Below, in pieces: positions 12,890 to 26,530 of a stretch of DNA of 64,000 nucleotides. This DNA is from Podarcis pityusensis (taxonomy: Eukaryota). Made by a program: the position numbers and the translations under genes. The stretch's first letter is position 1. Every line of letters starts with the position of its first letter. The stretch lies in the NCBI GenBank assembly GCA_964106645.2, contig OZ067041.1, one strand, 5' to 3'. Under the pieces are notes generated by a model. It was given only the letters and a program-made list of their open reading frames with translations. It did no database searches and was not told where the DNA came from.

Positions 12890-15139
12890 AATTCCATAAT
12901 GATTATAATAAATCCTCAATGAATGAATCGCCTTCTAAACCATCATTGCAAGGTGATTTACAATGAATATAATTAAAAGCAGTTAACAAATATAACAAAT
13001 ACATGTAAAGCAAGACTAAAACCATACAAGAGTAGACACTTGTGGTAAAGACCCCTTTTTATCCAGCAGGGATAATGGGGTCAATGACGGTGAAGAGGTC
13101 AATACCCTCAAGCCTAATAGTGTCACCAGTCTCCCACTTTGAGTTAAGGATAGGCAAAATGATGGAGCTCAGTCTATGATTTGGGAATCTTATGGTAGGT
13201 GAAAGACTTAACCCACATTGTCATTTGAGAGATGTTTGCTAGTTTGTTTCAGCACTAGGACTCATGAAGAAACACAGAAGCATAGGAAGCTGACTTGTCT
13301 TATACAGAGTCATACCATTGGCTCATCTAGCCTGCTAATGTCTACAATGTTGGGCAGTGTAATTATTAGCTCTTATGAAGTCAAATACTGTATAACAGCT
13401 GCCCAAACTAAGTATTGTAAATAAAAAGCATCAAAAACACCAGGTGCACTATATGACTGAACTATTAGTATATATTGACATTATGTAACTTCAATGATAA
13501 TGCCACTAAGTTTCTACCCATTAAGTGGTTAAAATTATCTTGTGAATGTATGTTATATAAACTGCCATTAAATGCTCACAAATATTCTGCAAAGAGGATG
13601 AAAGTGTCAGCAATCAAACCCTGGCAGAACAGTGTCGTTTTTATTTTATTTTATTTGGGAAGAAAAGGTTTGTTTTTGCTGAGTACCTGAGCCCAGGGCT
13701 GAGTACTGCTAGCAGAGATTGCAGTGGTGGGATTTGATTTTTATTTGGTTGCATGAATTATATTTATAGTTATCTAGTTTTATCTGGTTTTTATATTAAA
13801 GCTCCACTAATTACAACAATTGACTTAATTCTACCAGTAATTAACATTAAAATAACTCAGCATTTTTATTTCATGGGTTAGTTTCACAGTACAGCTGGAT
13901 AACAACAATAATCCATGAAAAATTATGTCTGGGCTTTGACAGCAAGTTGTGCCTGTTCAATGGTCAATTCCCAATCTCTCCCATGGTAGATTTTATGCCT
14001 GCACAGTAGATATCTGGTTGTCTGAGCTTTCGAAGTACCATCCTATAGCAGGTTAGAAACACAGTGTGCTCCAGATACCACGTTAATAAGCATTATGCTA
14101 GTTTGCAAAATTAGTACAGTATATTGGATCTATACTTAGTCATATGTCTAGCAAAGACCCACTCTACTCTAAATCATGACTAAACTAACACTGATTTTCC
14201 TGCAAACAACCCATCAATTTCAATGAAAGTTTATCTTTAAAAAATGTAAAGAAATAATGTGTGGATTCATCACATATAGCACATTGCCTCCAAGTAGGAT
14301 AGAAATATAAACTGTAAAATATTATCATCAGCAACAACAACAATGGCACTTAGGTCTTCTAGACAGCAATGAGATATATCAAATCAATGTTAACAAACAA
14401 CTTAGCTACATACAACACTTTCAACCAGTCCAGTATTCTTTTTTCCAAAAGCAAGAAAGCTAAAAGGTATGCTATGTTGGTGATTGACACATTTATAAAC
14501 AAGCAGGGTGCATTCTGTTGTTGTTCTTGCCTGCATGAGTAACTACAATCACTATTATGGATTGTTCCTGGTTTGAGAGCTCTGTCCATATTAAGTAGGT
14601 AAATTTAACAGAGCTCTAGAAAGAACAATTCAGCAGAATAAGAAGAATAAAGGGTGGAGTTTGACCCTCTTTTTATGGGGAGGATACAATTGTGTGTCTG
14701 AAGAAACTTCTGTGTTTAGTTTTAAATACAGGAGGCAAAGAGGAATCCTTACTATCCTTCAAGAATAAAACTACAAACAAGGGCAGATTACCTTGTAGAA
14801 ATATAGGTCAACATCCAGTTGTATCACTTTAGCCCTACAATGGATGTTCTGCACAAGTGAACTCATATTTCCTCTCCTCTCCCTGCAGCTCCTTGTACAC
14901 ACCTAGATCTGCTCCAGAGGGTTGAAGGACCCTCTGGGGAGGATGTGGGGAAGGGAGGAGAAGAGGAAGGGGAAGTCCCACTACATGTCTACAAGCATGA
15001 TATTGCCCATAATGTTTAGTGGGTAAGATAAAGGTTGGTCTTCTTTGGTGAAGCTCAAGGATAGATGTTTTCTATATTACTTGTTTTAAAAACTGAAATT
15101 GCTGTGCCATTCAACAATAGGAACAATGTACATATTAGC

Positions 15140-15348
15140 TACGGTGGTTACACTCTGCTTCCATGGTCAGAGGCAGTAATGCTTCTGAATACCAGTTGCT
15201 GGAAACCACACAAGGGGAGAGTGCTCTTATGCTTGGGTTCTGCTTGTGGGTTTTCCAACAGGCATGGGGTTGGCCACTATGAGCTAAGGTTGCTGGACCA
15301 GATGGGCTATTGGCCAGATCCAGCAGGCTCCTCATAGGTTCTTACATG
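15140..15348 (+). mobile_element. CR1-type LINE 3' end remnant
   Basis: gaggcagtaatgcttctgaataccagttgctgg...gttggccactatgag...tgctggaccagatgggctattggccagatccagcaggctc. A reverse-oriented relative lies at about 57130-57320. Confidence 0.6.
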
Positions 15349-16988
15349 ACCCAACAGCCATTGAAAAAGATGGTTACAACAAACTTTTAATATCCTATTT
15401 TGCCAGCAGTGGTAAATGGCTAGACTGACTATAGTGTACCAAGTGAGAAGGTGGAAGTCTTATGGAGATGGGTAATTCAGCAAATGTGCAGAGTACTTCT
15501 ATGTAGACAATGCAGGCTTCCCGTATCTACTTTGAATATCTGCTCTGGAAAGAAGCCTCTCTATGATTCATTGTCCTGTGCCATTTTGTAGCCACCTTCT
15601 GTCACCTTCTCAGTTTGCTGCAAACTAATAGTTCCCCACCCTTTTTACCACAATCCATTATTACAGTCTCCTGAAATTTAATCTGCCATTTAGTCCTTGG
15701 AAAATGGAACAGAACAGAGTGATTAATTGTTGTTTTTACAGCAATATCATCATCTCATCCTCATTCTACCCTTTGGATGAGGCATAGGTAGTCGTCTCTG
15801 CAAAAGTTAAGAGATTCAAGGACAGTTTTTGAACACAAAGTGCTCTCAGCTCCATTTTCCTGCGTTAAAAAAACTCTTCAAATCTGTCTCATAATGAAGG
15901 ACTTTTATTGTTTTAAACTGGTGCTTTAATGCAAAGATTGCATTTTCAAAATAAATATCATTTTAAAGTACGGTAGTTCAAAGGCACCTTTGGGTAATTT
16001 TCTATGTAAATGTAAAGTTACATATACGTGTTTTATCTTCATTATTCCATCTAAACCTTTTCATTTATACTCCTCCCACAAAAGATTTATTTCCCCATGA
16101 TCTCTGAAGCTCTTTAGTTACCAAGGAAATCTGTTCCTTTGTCAGCTGTGAAATACGGCCTTTGATATTTTATTGATCTGGTGTAAACCTGCCAACATCC
16201 CTATACAGCATGAAAGAAACTTATATTTCAACATAATCTAATGGAACATCAATAAAATAAAATCCAACCTTTCTCTAGTTACTCTCAAAACGAACTATTT
16301 GCATAATTCATTTCATCGTGAAAGTCCTTAAAACAACATTATTTTACTGAATTTCTATGCAAGGACTTTTAATATCTGCATAGAAATGTGTTTCATGCTT
16401 CACTGGGATGATATTATATGTTTGAAATGTGAAGCACTAAATTTACACTGAGATTAACATGTTCCACAAAAGAGAAATATGGGTGGCTATTGACTAAATA
16501 CTTGAGCCACTGAAGTCTCCAACATAGGTCTTACACCTCTAGCTTCATATGACTTTTGCCATTCATTGAACTTAGTTTAGTTCCAAAACTACTGCAGCTA
16601 TTTGAACTAATTTTCCAGTCTTCTGTAAATGTGAACCAGCTCTAAGAATATACCCCTCCCCCATCCACCCCAAACACCTTACAGTTTAGAAATATCTGTA
16701 GGAGGTGAACTTATTTTTGAGAACAAGAACTGCTCTTGTGCTACAGTGACTTAATTCCGCTGCTCCACTGGGATCACAAAAACTATATTTGCAATTGCTG
16801 AGCTACATGCTCAGCAAATTCATATTCTAGAGTTGTACCTGGGGTATTTGGATTCAGACTGCACATAAGAAACTGTATTTTTGAAGGTTAAGAAAAAAGC
16901 TAGCACTTGATAGAAACAAGGTTCTACTAAATCACACCAGTCCAAAGAGTGAAATGGTAGGTTGATAATTATACCCTTTCCCCTAGTA

Positions 16989-17213
16989 CAGTCATACCTT
17001 GGTTTTGAAACAGCTTAGTTCCAGAATGCTTTGGCTCCCGAACACCGCAAACCTGGAAGTGACTGTTCCGCTTTGCTAACTATTTTTGGAAGTTGAACAT
17101 CCAACAGGGCTTCCACGGCTTCCAAGGAAGCTCCTGCAGCCAATCAGACGCCACGCTTTGGTTTTCGAATGGACTTCCAGAACTGATTCTGTTCGACTTC
17201 CAAGGTTTGACTG
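16989..17213. mobile_element. Tc1/mariner (pogo/Tigger-like) MITE
   Basis: TA|cagtcataccttgg ... ccaaggtttgactg|ca. TIRs match at 13/14. Confidence 0.75.
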
Positions 17214-17457
17214 CATTTTGCTGTTGTTGTTTTATAATGTATCAGACCTTCATACCCCACATGCATAGATGCTCAGAGCAAATAATAACTTTATGGAGTG
17301 CTTCATTAGCATCAACAGAAAGTAATGCACGAAGTGGTCTGTACCTCATTTATTTGCATTAGTATCCAACCACCGCATCAACTCCCCTCAATTATGTTTT
17401 TTGGGAGGAGGGTCTATAAAGAGACACCAGTTTCAAATAAATGTGAAGCAGTCCAGT

Positions 17458-17545
17458 TCCTAGAATCCTAGAATGGAGGGGACCACAAGGATCATCGAGT
17501 CCAACCCCCTGCAACGCAGGAATCTTTTGCCCAACGTGGGGCTCC
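17458..17545 (-). mobile_element. tRNA-derived SINE with CR1-type tail, 5'-truncated
   Basis: Reverse complement matches the 3' part of the SINE at 24617-24748 (gagccccacgttgggcaaaagattcctgc...ggactcgatgatcc). Confidence 0.7.
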
Positions 17546-17547
17546 AA

Positions 17548-17900
17548 AGAAAACACTAAGGAGTAAACCCTCTCTAAGACGGTTGGATGGCACCTTGTTC
17601 GCCTCCTTCTGGCAAGTCCTGCAGCCAAGCAGGTGCTCTGCATTCCTTTGGACCACATCAATGAGGCTGAGAGTGGGGTCTTGTTGTCTGGGAAGCCCAG
17701 GATCTCCATATGCACTGCCCAGGCTTGCATCCCAGAGAGGTCACTTTGGTGCTGCTAATGCAGCAAAAACAATGCAGGGTGGAGCAGTTACTAATTACCT
17801 TTCTCTGCAGCCACAGCAGGTGCTGTGATTCTCCAGCGGTTTAACTTCACCCCTGGAGGCGCACTCCACTATCTCTTGAGACAGAAGGATGCCAACAAAC
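17548..17900 (+). mobile_element. Unclassified interspersed retroposon-like repeat
   Basis: GC-richer 350-bp block ending in ...gagacagaaggatgccaacaa, typical of a SINE/LINE 3' end. Family not assigned. Confidence 0.4.
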
Positions 17901-18649
17901 CACTTAATATTCTGAAAATCTTTAAGCAGTGTGTACAACATAAAAACAGTAAACAATCTCACTAAAACAACAAGAACATAAAAACAGTTTTAAAAAAAGC
18001 ATATAAAAACATAGCAGTGATTCGGGGAACTCATACAGATAAAAACAAAGGCTAGTCTTATAGCCCAGGCAAAAAGGTACGTCTGTACAAAATGTCTGAA
18101 GCAACTGAGGGTTGCTGCTTCTTGTATTGTGTCAAATTTATGATCCTGACCCTGGCATGAAACATTTTGCTGAGTTAGTTTGCCCTTGTTCTTTCTATTA
18201 CTTTATCATGCTGCTATTCATAAAAATGGGGTTTTATAGGTATAATACAATATTTCTACGTATTAGAGATGAACAGATTTTCCCTACCAGTTGCACTATT
18301 GTTATGTGGCTTTGCTCTCCCAAATCTTCACTGTCTTCTTCCTAATTTAACATGGAGAATGTCTGAACTTAAATCTTCGGAATGGTGCATGGCAGATTTT
18401 AGAATTGCACCACTTTCCTTCTCATGCATAAAATATTACACTAGTTTTCACTTATTCCCAGGGCTTTTTTTCAGCCAGAACTCACCAGAATGCCATAGCC
18501 ATCATAAGAGAACAAGAGAGGCATTTGTGGTGAGTTCTGGCACCTATTTTTCTAGAAAAAATAGCACCAATTATACATAACGAACAAGGAATACCAGATG
18601 CTACCTGGAATTCCAACAGGACAATCCCTATGGTCCAACTGAGCCACAA

Positions 18650-18885
18650 AGGGCTCGTCTACACTTCTGCTTGTTCTGTGCCTAGAAAGCATGGGTCTGA
18701 GATGTTTTGTGTTCTCCCCACAGTTTCCCCCTGGAAAATACATCCTTTAACGCCAAATTAGACCATATGGCAGTCTGTGGATAACCCGATTGCTGTTTGG
18801 TCCGATTTAAGAGTAAACCCCAGATTTTCCCAGGGGGAAATGGTGGGGCAAACAGAGGTGGGGTCTAGCCGGTGTACCATAGCCA
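18650..18885. mobile_element. Degenerate MITE with GGGC-type terminus
   Basis: Starts agggctcgtctacactt. Internal inverted segments ccacagtttccccctggaaaat / attttcccagggggaaatggtgg. Confidence 0.45.
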
Positions 18886-19627
18886 CAATCCTACACCAAA
18901 TCTAACAGAAATGACAGCTGTAGAAACAATCTAAACAAACCAGTACCTGCAGACTTTGCCACACCATCCTTGAAAAGTGCATAGCCACCATTCAATCATG
19001 GCGTTATTGCCAATGAGGCCCTCATGCATAATCATGCATGGATTCTACCCATAAATATGCAGCAAGAGCAGGGAAGCCACAATGATGTCACCCTTTCTAA
19101 TGTGCATGTTTGTGTGTGTGCACGTACACAACCAACCCCCCCCCCCCCCCACACAGGCCTTAAGATTTAATGACATAAGGTTCCCCCAAGGAGAATTTCC
19201 TAGGAGGAGGGTTCAACTCTGACTGTGGTGTATGATTTTACACACACAACACTAATAGCACGGCACGTACCATTGGCACTGGCATCTCCATCAGAGGAAG
19301 AATATTTTTATGAGGGAAAGGGAAGGAAGACACATTCATTTCCTTTCAAGGAAGAAAGGAAACCAAAGCATACAGGATCTACAGGAAGCAAAATGATGGC
19401 ACCCCATTTATTTGTGGCACCCCTTTCCTTCCTCTTTCTGCCATTCCCATCCCCTCCCCCATTTTTATTTGCTGCCTGAAATTGGGTCACAGAATCTCCA
19501 GCCTTGTCTTAGGACATGAGACCTTTGGGACAAGCCTGTCCCTGTACATCTGGCATACACTGGGGATAGCAACGTGTCGCAAGCCAAGCAACAGGGCAAA
19601 CCCTTCCACCTCCATTTTCCAGCCAGG

Positions 19628-19931
19628 ATAATAATAATAATAATAATAATAATAATATACCCCGCCTATCTGGCTGGGTTTCCCTAGCCACTCTGGGCGG
19701 CTTCCAACAAAATATTAAAATACCGTAATACATCAAACATTAAAAGCTTCCCTAAACAGGGCTGCCTTCAGATGTCTTCTAAAAGTCTGATAGTTGTTTT
19801 TCTCTTTGACATCTGGTGAGAGGGCGTTCTACAGGGCGGGTGCCACTACCAAGAAGGCCCTCTGCCTGGTTCCCTGTAACTTGGCTTCTCGCAGCGAGGG
19901 AACTGCCAGAAGGCCCTCAGCGCTGGACCTC
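19628..19931 (-). mobile_element. L2-clade LINE 3' end with (TAA)n tail
   Basis: Minus strand encodes RAFLVVAPAL.NAL, followed by a 3' UTR gaagccgcccagagtggct...ggcggggtat and a trinucleotide tail. Confidence 0.85.
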
Positions 19932-21890
19932 GGTGTGGCTAATTTCCAAGGATACACAAATTACTGTGCCTAGTGGCTGGATGAAACTGTTCTCCAAACC
20001 ATATCCCTGCAAAGGACACAGGTTACCCAAGAATATGATATTTATTACCCTGTGTAATGTTGATCACTCACTGAAAATATACAATGATTCATTTTAAGAA
20101 ACCAGGTGTAGGCCCAAGCAAAATAGACACATCATGCTGAATATACACACTGCCTATTATGTGAAAGGTAGAGTGCTATATAAGAGCATGCCTTAGGTTT
20201 TGGAACCACTAGATATGTAACCACTTGTTTCCATTATCATGTCTGCTAATGGCAAAATATTATTTAATTTCTCCTCATATTCTCAGTGAGAATATACTTT
20301 CCTTTTTAAATATCACAATTCCCAGTTTCCATACTGTTCAATATAAAGAATAATAAGACAATGCGATGTTGGAAATAAGGAACTTTCATAGCATTGTAAA
20401 CAAGGAAATCACACCCCCAAACAAAAACATTAAGGAAAAGTAAGTTTTCACCTCCATTAGACAAAACAGCACTGCCATTAATGCCTGCACTTTTTTTCCC
20501 AACAAAACACTAAAAATATTAAAACACATGGATATTACCAAGACAAATGTAAGCACTTTTAAAATGCTTTTGTTTCAGTGGGAGAAATTCAAGAATGCAC
20601 TTAAACCCTTCCATTGAAATCTATGGGACTTAAGGATAACCCTGACTTGATCACCTCCATTCAAAAAGGCTAAAAAGTGAAACTTGAGAAAGCTCATTGT
20701 TAATATGAGGCAAAAGTTTAACTGGAACTTTACAACACATCACCTTGCTGCTAACACAGAACAGAACACAGAGCACACAGAAAGAACATTCCCTTACCTC
20801 AGAAGTCTTTAATGGGTCGGAACAATTTGGATTGTCTCTTGCCCTTTTTCTATGCACAACCATAAAATTTTAAAAGAGCTCTTTGCCAGTCTCCACTGCA
20901 CCAGATAAAAATAAAATGCACAAGCTAGAGCGTTTGACAAATGGAGGTACCAATGCAATCCCTCACCCTAATTTATTGCCAGACAACTTGTCACTTTCTC
21001 CCTCTCTTTTCTTATTGGATCCTTCTTGGAATGTGAGCCAGCTCACATTCACATCAACCTAAAGCAGCAGAAATAGCAAAACAGTCTCACAGGTCTTTAA
21101 AAAATGTTTCATATGACAACAGTTCACATAATCATTTGCCATCCAGAAAAATAGCTCCTTCTGAAAAATTCACCAGGGCATTAATTTACTAGTGCAGCGG
21201 GCTCTGTTTAGAATTTGTGGTCCTCATGTATAGGACTGCCACAGGCATTCTTAAATTATCAGTCTTAAACACGGATTAAATCTACTTTCATGCAATAAAT
21301 GGAAAACAGCCCCTTATGATACTCCTTTCCCAGTGTGCATGAAATAAATTGCAGCCTATGACTAGGTTGTAATATTTAAAAGAGGACTCCAGCCAGTAAA
21401 TGTGAGGATATAGGAACTGAACTTATACTAGGCTGAACTCATATCCAGAGAACATATATGTTCAAATAGCAGTGACATGAGGCTTACTACACAGTTTTGC
21501 AGCTGCTCTTTCAGGCACACCAATCAAGTGGTTCCAATGGCAAGGCATGTTACTCATTAGTGAAATTCTTCAGCAACGCAGCGTGTGAGTTTGTGTACAA
21601 GTGCGTGCATACACTCATGTGTGCATACATTTTTAATCTGAAACTTTTTGTTCCTTACAGGAAGTAAATTTTCACCAGCAAACTCTGCAGATTCATAATA
21701 AATTGAGTATTAGCGGCAAACATTTTCTACAGATTTCTGTCTCTGAAATATCATTTTCATCCTTTGCATAAAATAACAGTGTTGCAGTGCTATAGAATAT
21801 ACTTTTTGGCTCAGTGAAACTTGAGGCCTCTTTAGTAATGCAAGTTGCCTAATGTTCAAGGAGGAAAACACATGAGAAGCAAATCCTCAC

Positions 21891-21996
21891 CGACATTGTG
21901 CATCCGAAGTGCAATCACTTCCAGGAGAGTAATTTCTCTTTTCTCTCAATATAGCTGCAAAATCTGAAGCCGAATAAGTTTGAAACATGCATGTGC
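21891..21996 (-). other. Candidate exon (106 nt) of an unidentified minus-strand transcript
   Basis: Acceptor-like ttctgtgtaacttccAG|G, donor CG|GTGAGG, one open frame (MFQTYSASDFAAILREKRNYSPGSDCTSDAQC), in TE-free CpG-retaining DNA. No homology recognised. Confidence 0.25.
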
Positions 21997-22339
21997 CTGG
22001 AAGTTACACAGAACATTAATCTTAACCTTCTTGTTATTATCTAGTACTCTCATTCATTTGCTGTGCCAAATTAATACTGTTTCTAAAATATCAAGTAAAG
22101 AAGCAAGATGATACCCATACTCCATTGCAAACAAACATCCGATTCCACTTAAATGAAGAATTTAGTGCAATACTGAAGAAACGATCAAGTCTAGGATTGC
22201 GTCTCTGTATATTAAGCTTCTATGGCTATGAACGCCCAATAACCAAAAAGCATGTCTCTAAGGTATACTTTTGCTCACAAAAAATATTGCTTTGGGATAG
22301 TCATATCAAACATTCTCATTTACAGTCTCATTTCGTTTC

Positions 22340-22760
22340 AGCACTAAAATAGAGAGGTGCAGGAGGGGGGGTGAGAGAAAGATTGAGGGAAGGGGGAGAG
22401 AAAGAGAGAGGAAAAAATGAATGAGAGCTCTGCAGTGCTGTTACAATTTTAAGAAGCAAAATGAAGAAGGAAAACCTGGAAAGACATTTGAATCCTTTGT
22501 GGCCCCTGACACAACACTATCCATTCCATAGAATGATACAACAGGTGACGTTGTGACGAATGCAACTTTGTAAAGCAGTTATTGGTTAAATTTCGTCCAG
22601 ACCTGGGCTATGCAGAAATCTGTAATCTTGCCAAACGATTCTTTGAAGAATGTCTTCAGCGTTCAAAAAGACCAGCAAATAAACATCCAGTAAAAGAGTA
22701 GGGTAAGTAGCTGACAGCTTTAACCTTTCCTCCCCGCTCCCAATAAACCGGTAGATAAAT
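22340..22760. promoter_or_regulatory. Putative conserved regulatory element / promoter
   Basis: E-box CAGGTG, two TGACG half-sites (about 22546-22558), ATTGG at about 22581, CCAAT at about 22740, purine-rich tract 22350-22420, elevated CpG in non-repeat DNA. Confidence 0.35.
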
Positions 22761-23506
22761 AAATAAATAGACAGACAAGCAGACAGACTGTTCCCTGTTT
22801 GCTCAAGATGCTTCTCCTTCCAACATTCAATTTGAATGAGCCAGTGCAAATGCACTGCTCATCCTCTCATGAGGCCAGGATGCATTTATGTGAAACATGA
22901 GGAGAATGCCTAATGCTGAAACATACTCTCTGCATCTTCAATGAGATTTCATTACAAGGCTCTCTTTTCACTTCACTAGCACATACTATGGTACCCTGCA
23001 AAGTAGTCTCTATCTTCCGTGGTCATTCATTGCAGATGCAGGAAAATGTCACTTTCAGATATATTAACTATGCCCTCTGCTAACACCAAGCAACTACCAT
23101 TCCCAGCACCCTTAACAAACCACTTTTTCCAGGATACTTTTGGGAAAGCCGTGTGCTTTAAATGTATGGTGTGAATGTGACCTATCTTCAAAAGGCAGTG
23201 CAATAGCGTTCACAAGAAATAAACACACATGCATTGCTGCGTGTTTTTAGGGCACTGAAATATCCTGTAAATTATGAAGGGTACTGGGCAACTTTAGTCA
23301 TGCTCAGAGCAGACCCATTGAAATCAACATTACGACTCTGGAGCCCATTGATTTCAATGGGTCTACTCTGAGTATGACTTACGTGGTTATCACCCATTGT
23401 AATATAAACTATGTGTATCTATGTTAGAGCTGAACACAGGAATGTGGAAAAAAACCCTGGATAATCTCAGGCAAAAACAAGTAAAGTGCCACCGGCTTTA
23501 GTAATA

Positions 23507-23747
23507 CAGTGGTACCTCAGGTTACATACGCTTCAGGTTACATACGCTTCAGGTTACAGACTCCGCTAACCCAGAAATAGTACCTCGGGTTAAGAACTTT
23601 GCTTCAGGATGAGAACAGAAATCGTGCTCTGGCGGCGCGGTGGCAGCAGGAGGCCCCATTAGCTAAAGTGGTGCTTCAGGTTAAGAACCTTTCAGGTTAA
23701 GTACAGACCTCCGGAACGAATTAAGTACTTAACCCGAGGTACCACTG
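23507..23747 (+). mobile_element. Tc1/mariner (pogo/Tigger-like) MITE, family A copy 1
   Basis: TA|cagtggtacctcaggtta ... taacccgaggtaccactg|TA. Confidence 0.92.
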
Positions 23748-23749
23748 TA

Positions 23750-23822
23750 TTATGTTTTTATATGTGTTGGAAGCCACCCAGAGTGGCTGGGGCAATCCAT
23801 CCAGATGGGTGGGGTATAATAG
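23750..23822 (+). mobile_element. L2 3' terminal fragment
   Basis: ggaagccacccagagtggctggggcaatccatccagatgggtggggtataat matches the 3' UTR of the L2 at 19628-19931. Confidence 0.75.
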
Positions 23823-24616
23823 AATTAGCAAAATTATGAAGAGCTATTTGGGAAGGTCGCCTGTGATGTGCCATTCTGGTGGCATTTACTATGCATGTGT
23901 AAGAAGATGAAATGTGCTGAAGATCTAATTGCTGCTAAAATCTATCATTGCAGAGAACATTGAGAACTGCAGAGGACTTTCCCAGCCCCCATTGGAGAAG
24001 TGGAAAATGTAGGTTAGGGCGATTGCTTAGAAGCATTTCATAATCACAGTATTTTCTACCTGAAGAAATATTTATTCATACCCACTTCCCCTATAATGGA
24101 AAACCTGTTGACCGAGACCATTTATTGCTGCCTTTATAGTGTCTGGTACTAGACCCTTATTTAGCAGCAGCATAGAATGGTGACTAATTCCACAAGTTGT
24201 AGGGACACCTTGAGGATAACTCCCTTATTTTCATCGACCAGAAGCCTGCAGGCAACATTTATTCCTTTTTAGCACAATCACAGCACAGTGCCTGACATTT
24301 GAAGCACATAATTTTTTCTTATTTTATTATCTGACTTCAGGTTTTCTAAACTGCTTCCTCTGAAGGAAAAGATTATACTGCACATATGGAACAGGCCCAG
24401 GCACTATAAAAAATATGGAAACATGTTGACCTTTGGAAGTTCCATATACTCATGTGATTTTGACTCTGGTTAGGGGAGAGATTTCAGGCAAAGTGTTGAA
24501 GGTAAGTTTCAGGGGAAGACTTCATTATCATTGCATCCACCTGCCACTATAGTGAAAGAGAAAGCCTATTTTTTATTGCAAGAAAGTGGACTGTAGCACT
24601 ACAATTTACGCTATAG

Positions 24617-24748
24617 CAGCCGGGATAGCTCAGTTGGTAGATTAATCTCAGCGTCGTGGGGCTGAGCCCCTACATTGGGCAAAAGAGTCTCACATTGCAA
24701 GGTGATGACTCTCGTGGTCCTTCCAACTCTACAATTCTATGATTCTAT
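24617..24748 (+). mobile_element. tRNA-derived SINE with CR1-type 3' tail
   Basis: A-box-like tagctcagttggtag, degenerate B-box, and CR1 terminus ggtccttccaactctacaattctatgattctat. Confidence 0.8.
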
Positions 24749-26109
24749 CAGCATTCCTGTCAAGATACGACAGGAAACAACCAGAGACATTTTTGTTCCA
24801 ACAAGCTATTCACAGTTGGATCACTATTTCTCTGCAATGGGTCTACACTTTGTTTTGTTTGTAAATTCATCATCATGTTATTTTATATGCTGTTTTTAAT
24901 TGTATTTGGTACACTGCCTTGGGATATATGTGGAAGGCAATTAATAAACACCACCATGGATAATAATAATAATAATAATAATAATCAGCCCCAACCACCA
25001 TGGGGTTAATGGGATTTCAGATCCGAAACATCTGGAGAGTCCAGCTTGAGGACGGCTGGTTTATAGCAATATTTAGGCTACAGCTTAAACTGGATATGTG
25101 GGCATCTTAGAAAAGTAAGTCATTTTCATGGAATTTAATTGTGGCACAGGATCTTAATCCACCTGAACAAATTGACCCAAATATAATATAATTAGCTTTT
25201 TTGCCACCTCCCATTCTTATTTTCTTTTTAAAAAATGATTCTGGGACCTGGCCATAAATGTAAAGCATAGCAGTTTTGAAAACTGGATGAATTTGTATCC
25301 ATGTCTACTCAGAAACAAGCCTGAACAAGTTCCATGTGGTTTAATGCCCAACAAGCAAGTTATCAGATGGCAAACTAATTCTTGATCAGTGTACTCTGAT
25401 CATTTCTTCTACTCCTTTCCAAGCCTCAGTCCTTTTCTTTGATATTATTTACAGGGCTAGATGTCATAAAACAGTAACTATTGTCCAAGGGTGAACATCA
25501 ATGACTGCACAATATAAGTAGTTATTAAAGAGAAAATGAGCCTGTATTAAAGTTATTTTATTTCTACAAAATAATAATACTAATAATAATACGCACAGTT
25601 CTTTAGAGTTCTTATACAAACTTTCCCAAAAACCGTGCTACATTGAACATGCCTCTAAAATGCAAGTTGAAGTTTCCAGTAACAGCATATTCCATAGAAC
25701 ATATTCCAAATTCTTCACAGTCTTCATTTAATTTGTACACTATGCCTTTCCTTTTCCTTTTTAGATCATTTTATCTTTTCCAGGTTGCCTTCCCATTATT
25801 AGGGATGTGAATTCTGTACGAAGCTGGATTGTGGGGAGGGTTGTGTGCATCTACTATATACAGTTGCTCTCGTACCACTGCTTCCCTCCAATGGCCCAGA
25901 ACTGACAGTCGGGCCAAGTTTATAAAAGCCTGCCCACTGACATAGTTCATTACCTTGGGCATGGTGTAAAGCAAGAAAAAGGACTTTAAAAGACTTACCA
26001 ACCAACGTACTGAAATCTGTATTGAGTTAGACATCAAGCAAGGAAGAAATTAAATACAGATCTGCAGCTAAAATACTGTAACCCCACAGCAAACATTAAA
26101 ATATATATA

Positions 26110-26530
26110 TTTATATTTATACTTTTCATTTTACAACAAATACAAAACATAGATTTAAATTATTCCACACATCATATTTTGACTCTCCTTCTCTCCTTTC
26201 TGCGGTTTCTTATATTTATACTACTTTTGTACTGCATTTCCAAGTTAGCCCTATTTATTTTTTATCCCAATCAATATATGTTTTCTGTTACTGCACATTT
26301 TTACTTTAATCCTGCTAATGTCTTAATTTGCTTACAATAATTTTGTAAATATTCAATAAAAGGTTTCCATTCTATATTTAAAAGTTTATCGTCTTGGTTT
26401 CTTATTGTTCCAGTAAATTTCACCATTTCTAATAGCTTCTGTTGCCATTTTTCTTTGGTCAACATTTTCTTCTTTCCATCTTTGGGCAAAAATCACTTGT
26501 GCGGCAGTGGTCGCATAAATAAATATTTAT
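26110..26530 (-). mobile_element. L1-clade LINE 3' fragment
   Basis: ORF 26301-26489(-) KEKWQQKLLEMVKFTGTIRNQDDKLLNIEWKPFIEYL is homologous to the C-terminus of ORF 30087-30479. Confidence 0.8.

Noticed and set aside
22548-22700. Plus-strand frame RCDECNFVKQLL...KRPANKHPVKE*
   Set aside because: Bounded by stops with no start codon or in-frame acceptor. The region is better explained as regulatory.
24617-24680. tRNA gene
   Set aside because: Only an A-box-like head with no complete cloverleaf, fused to a CR1 tail, so a SINE.
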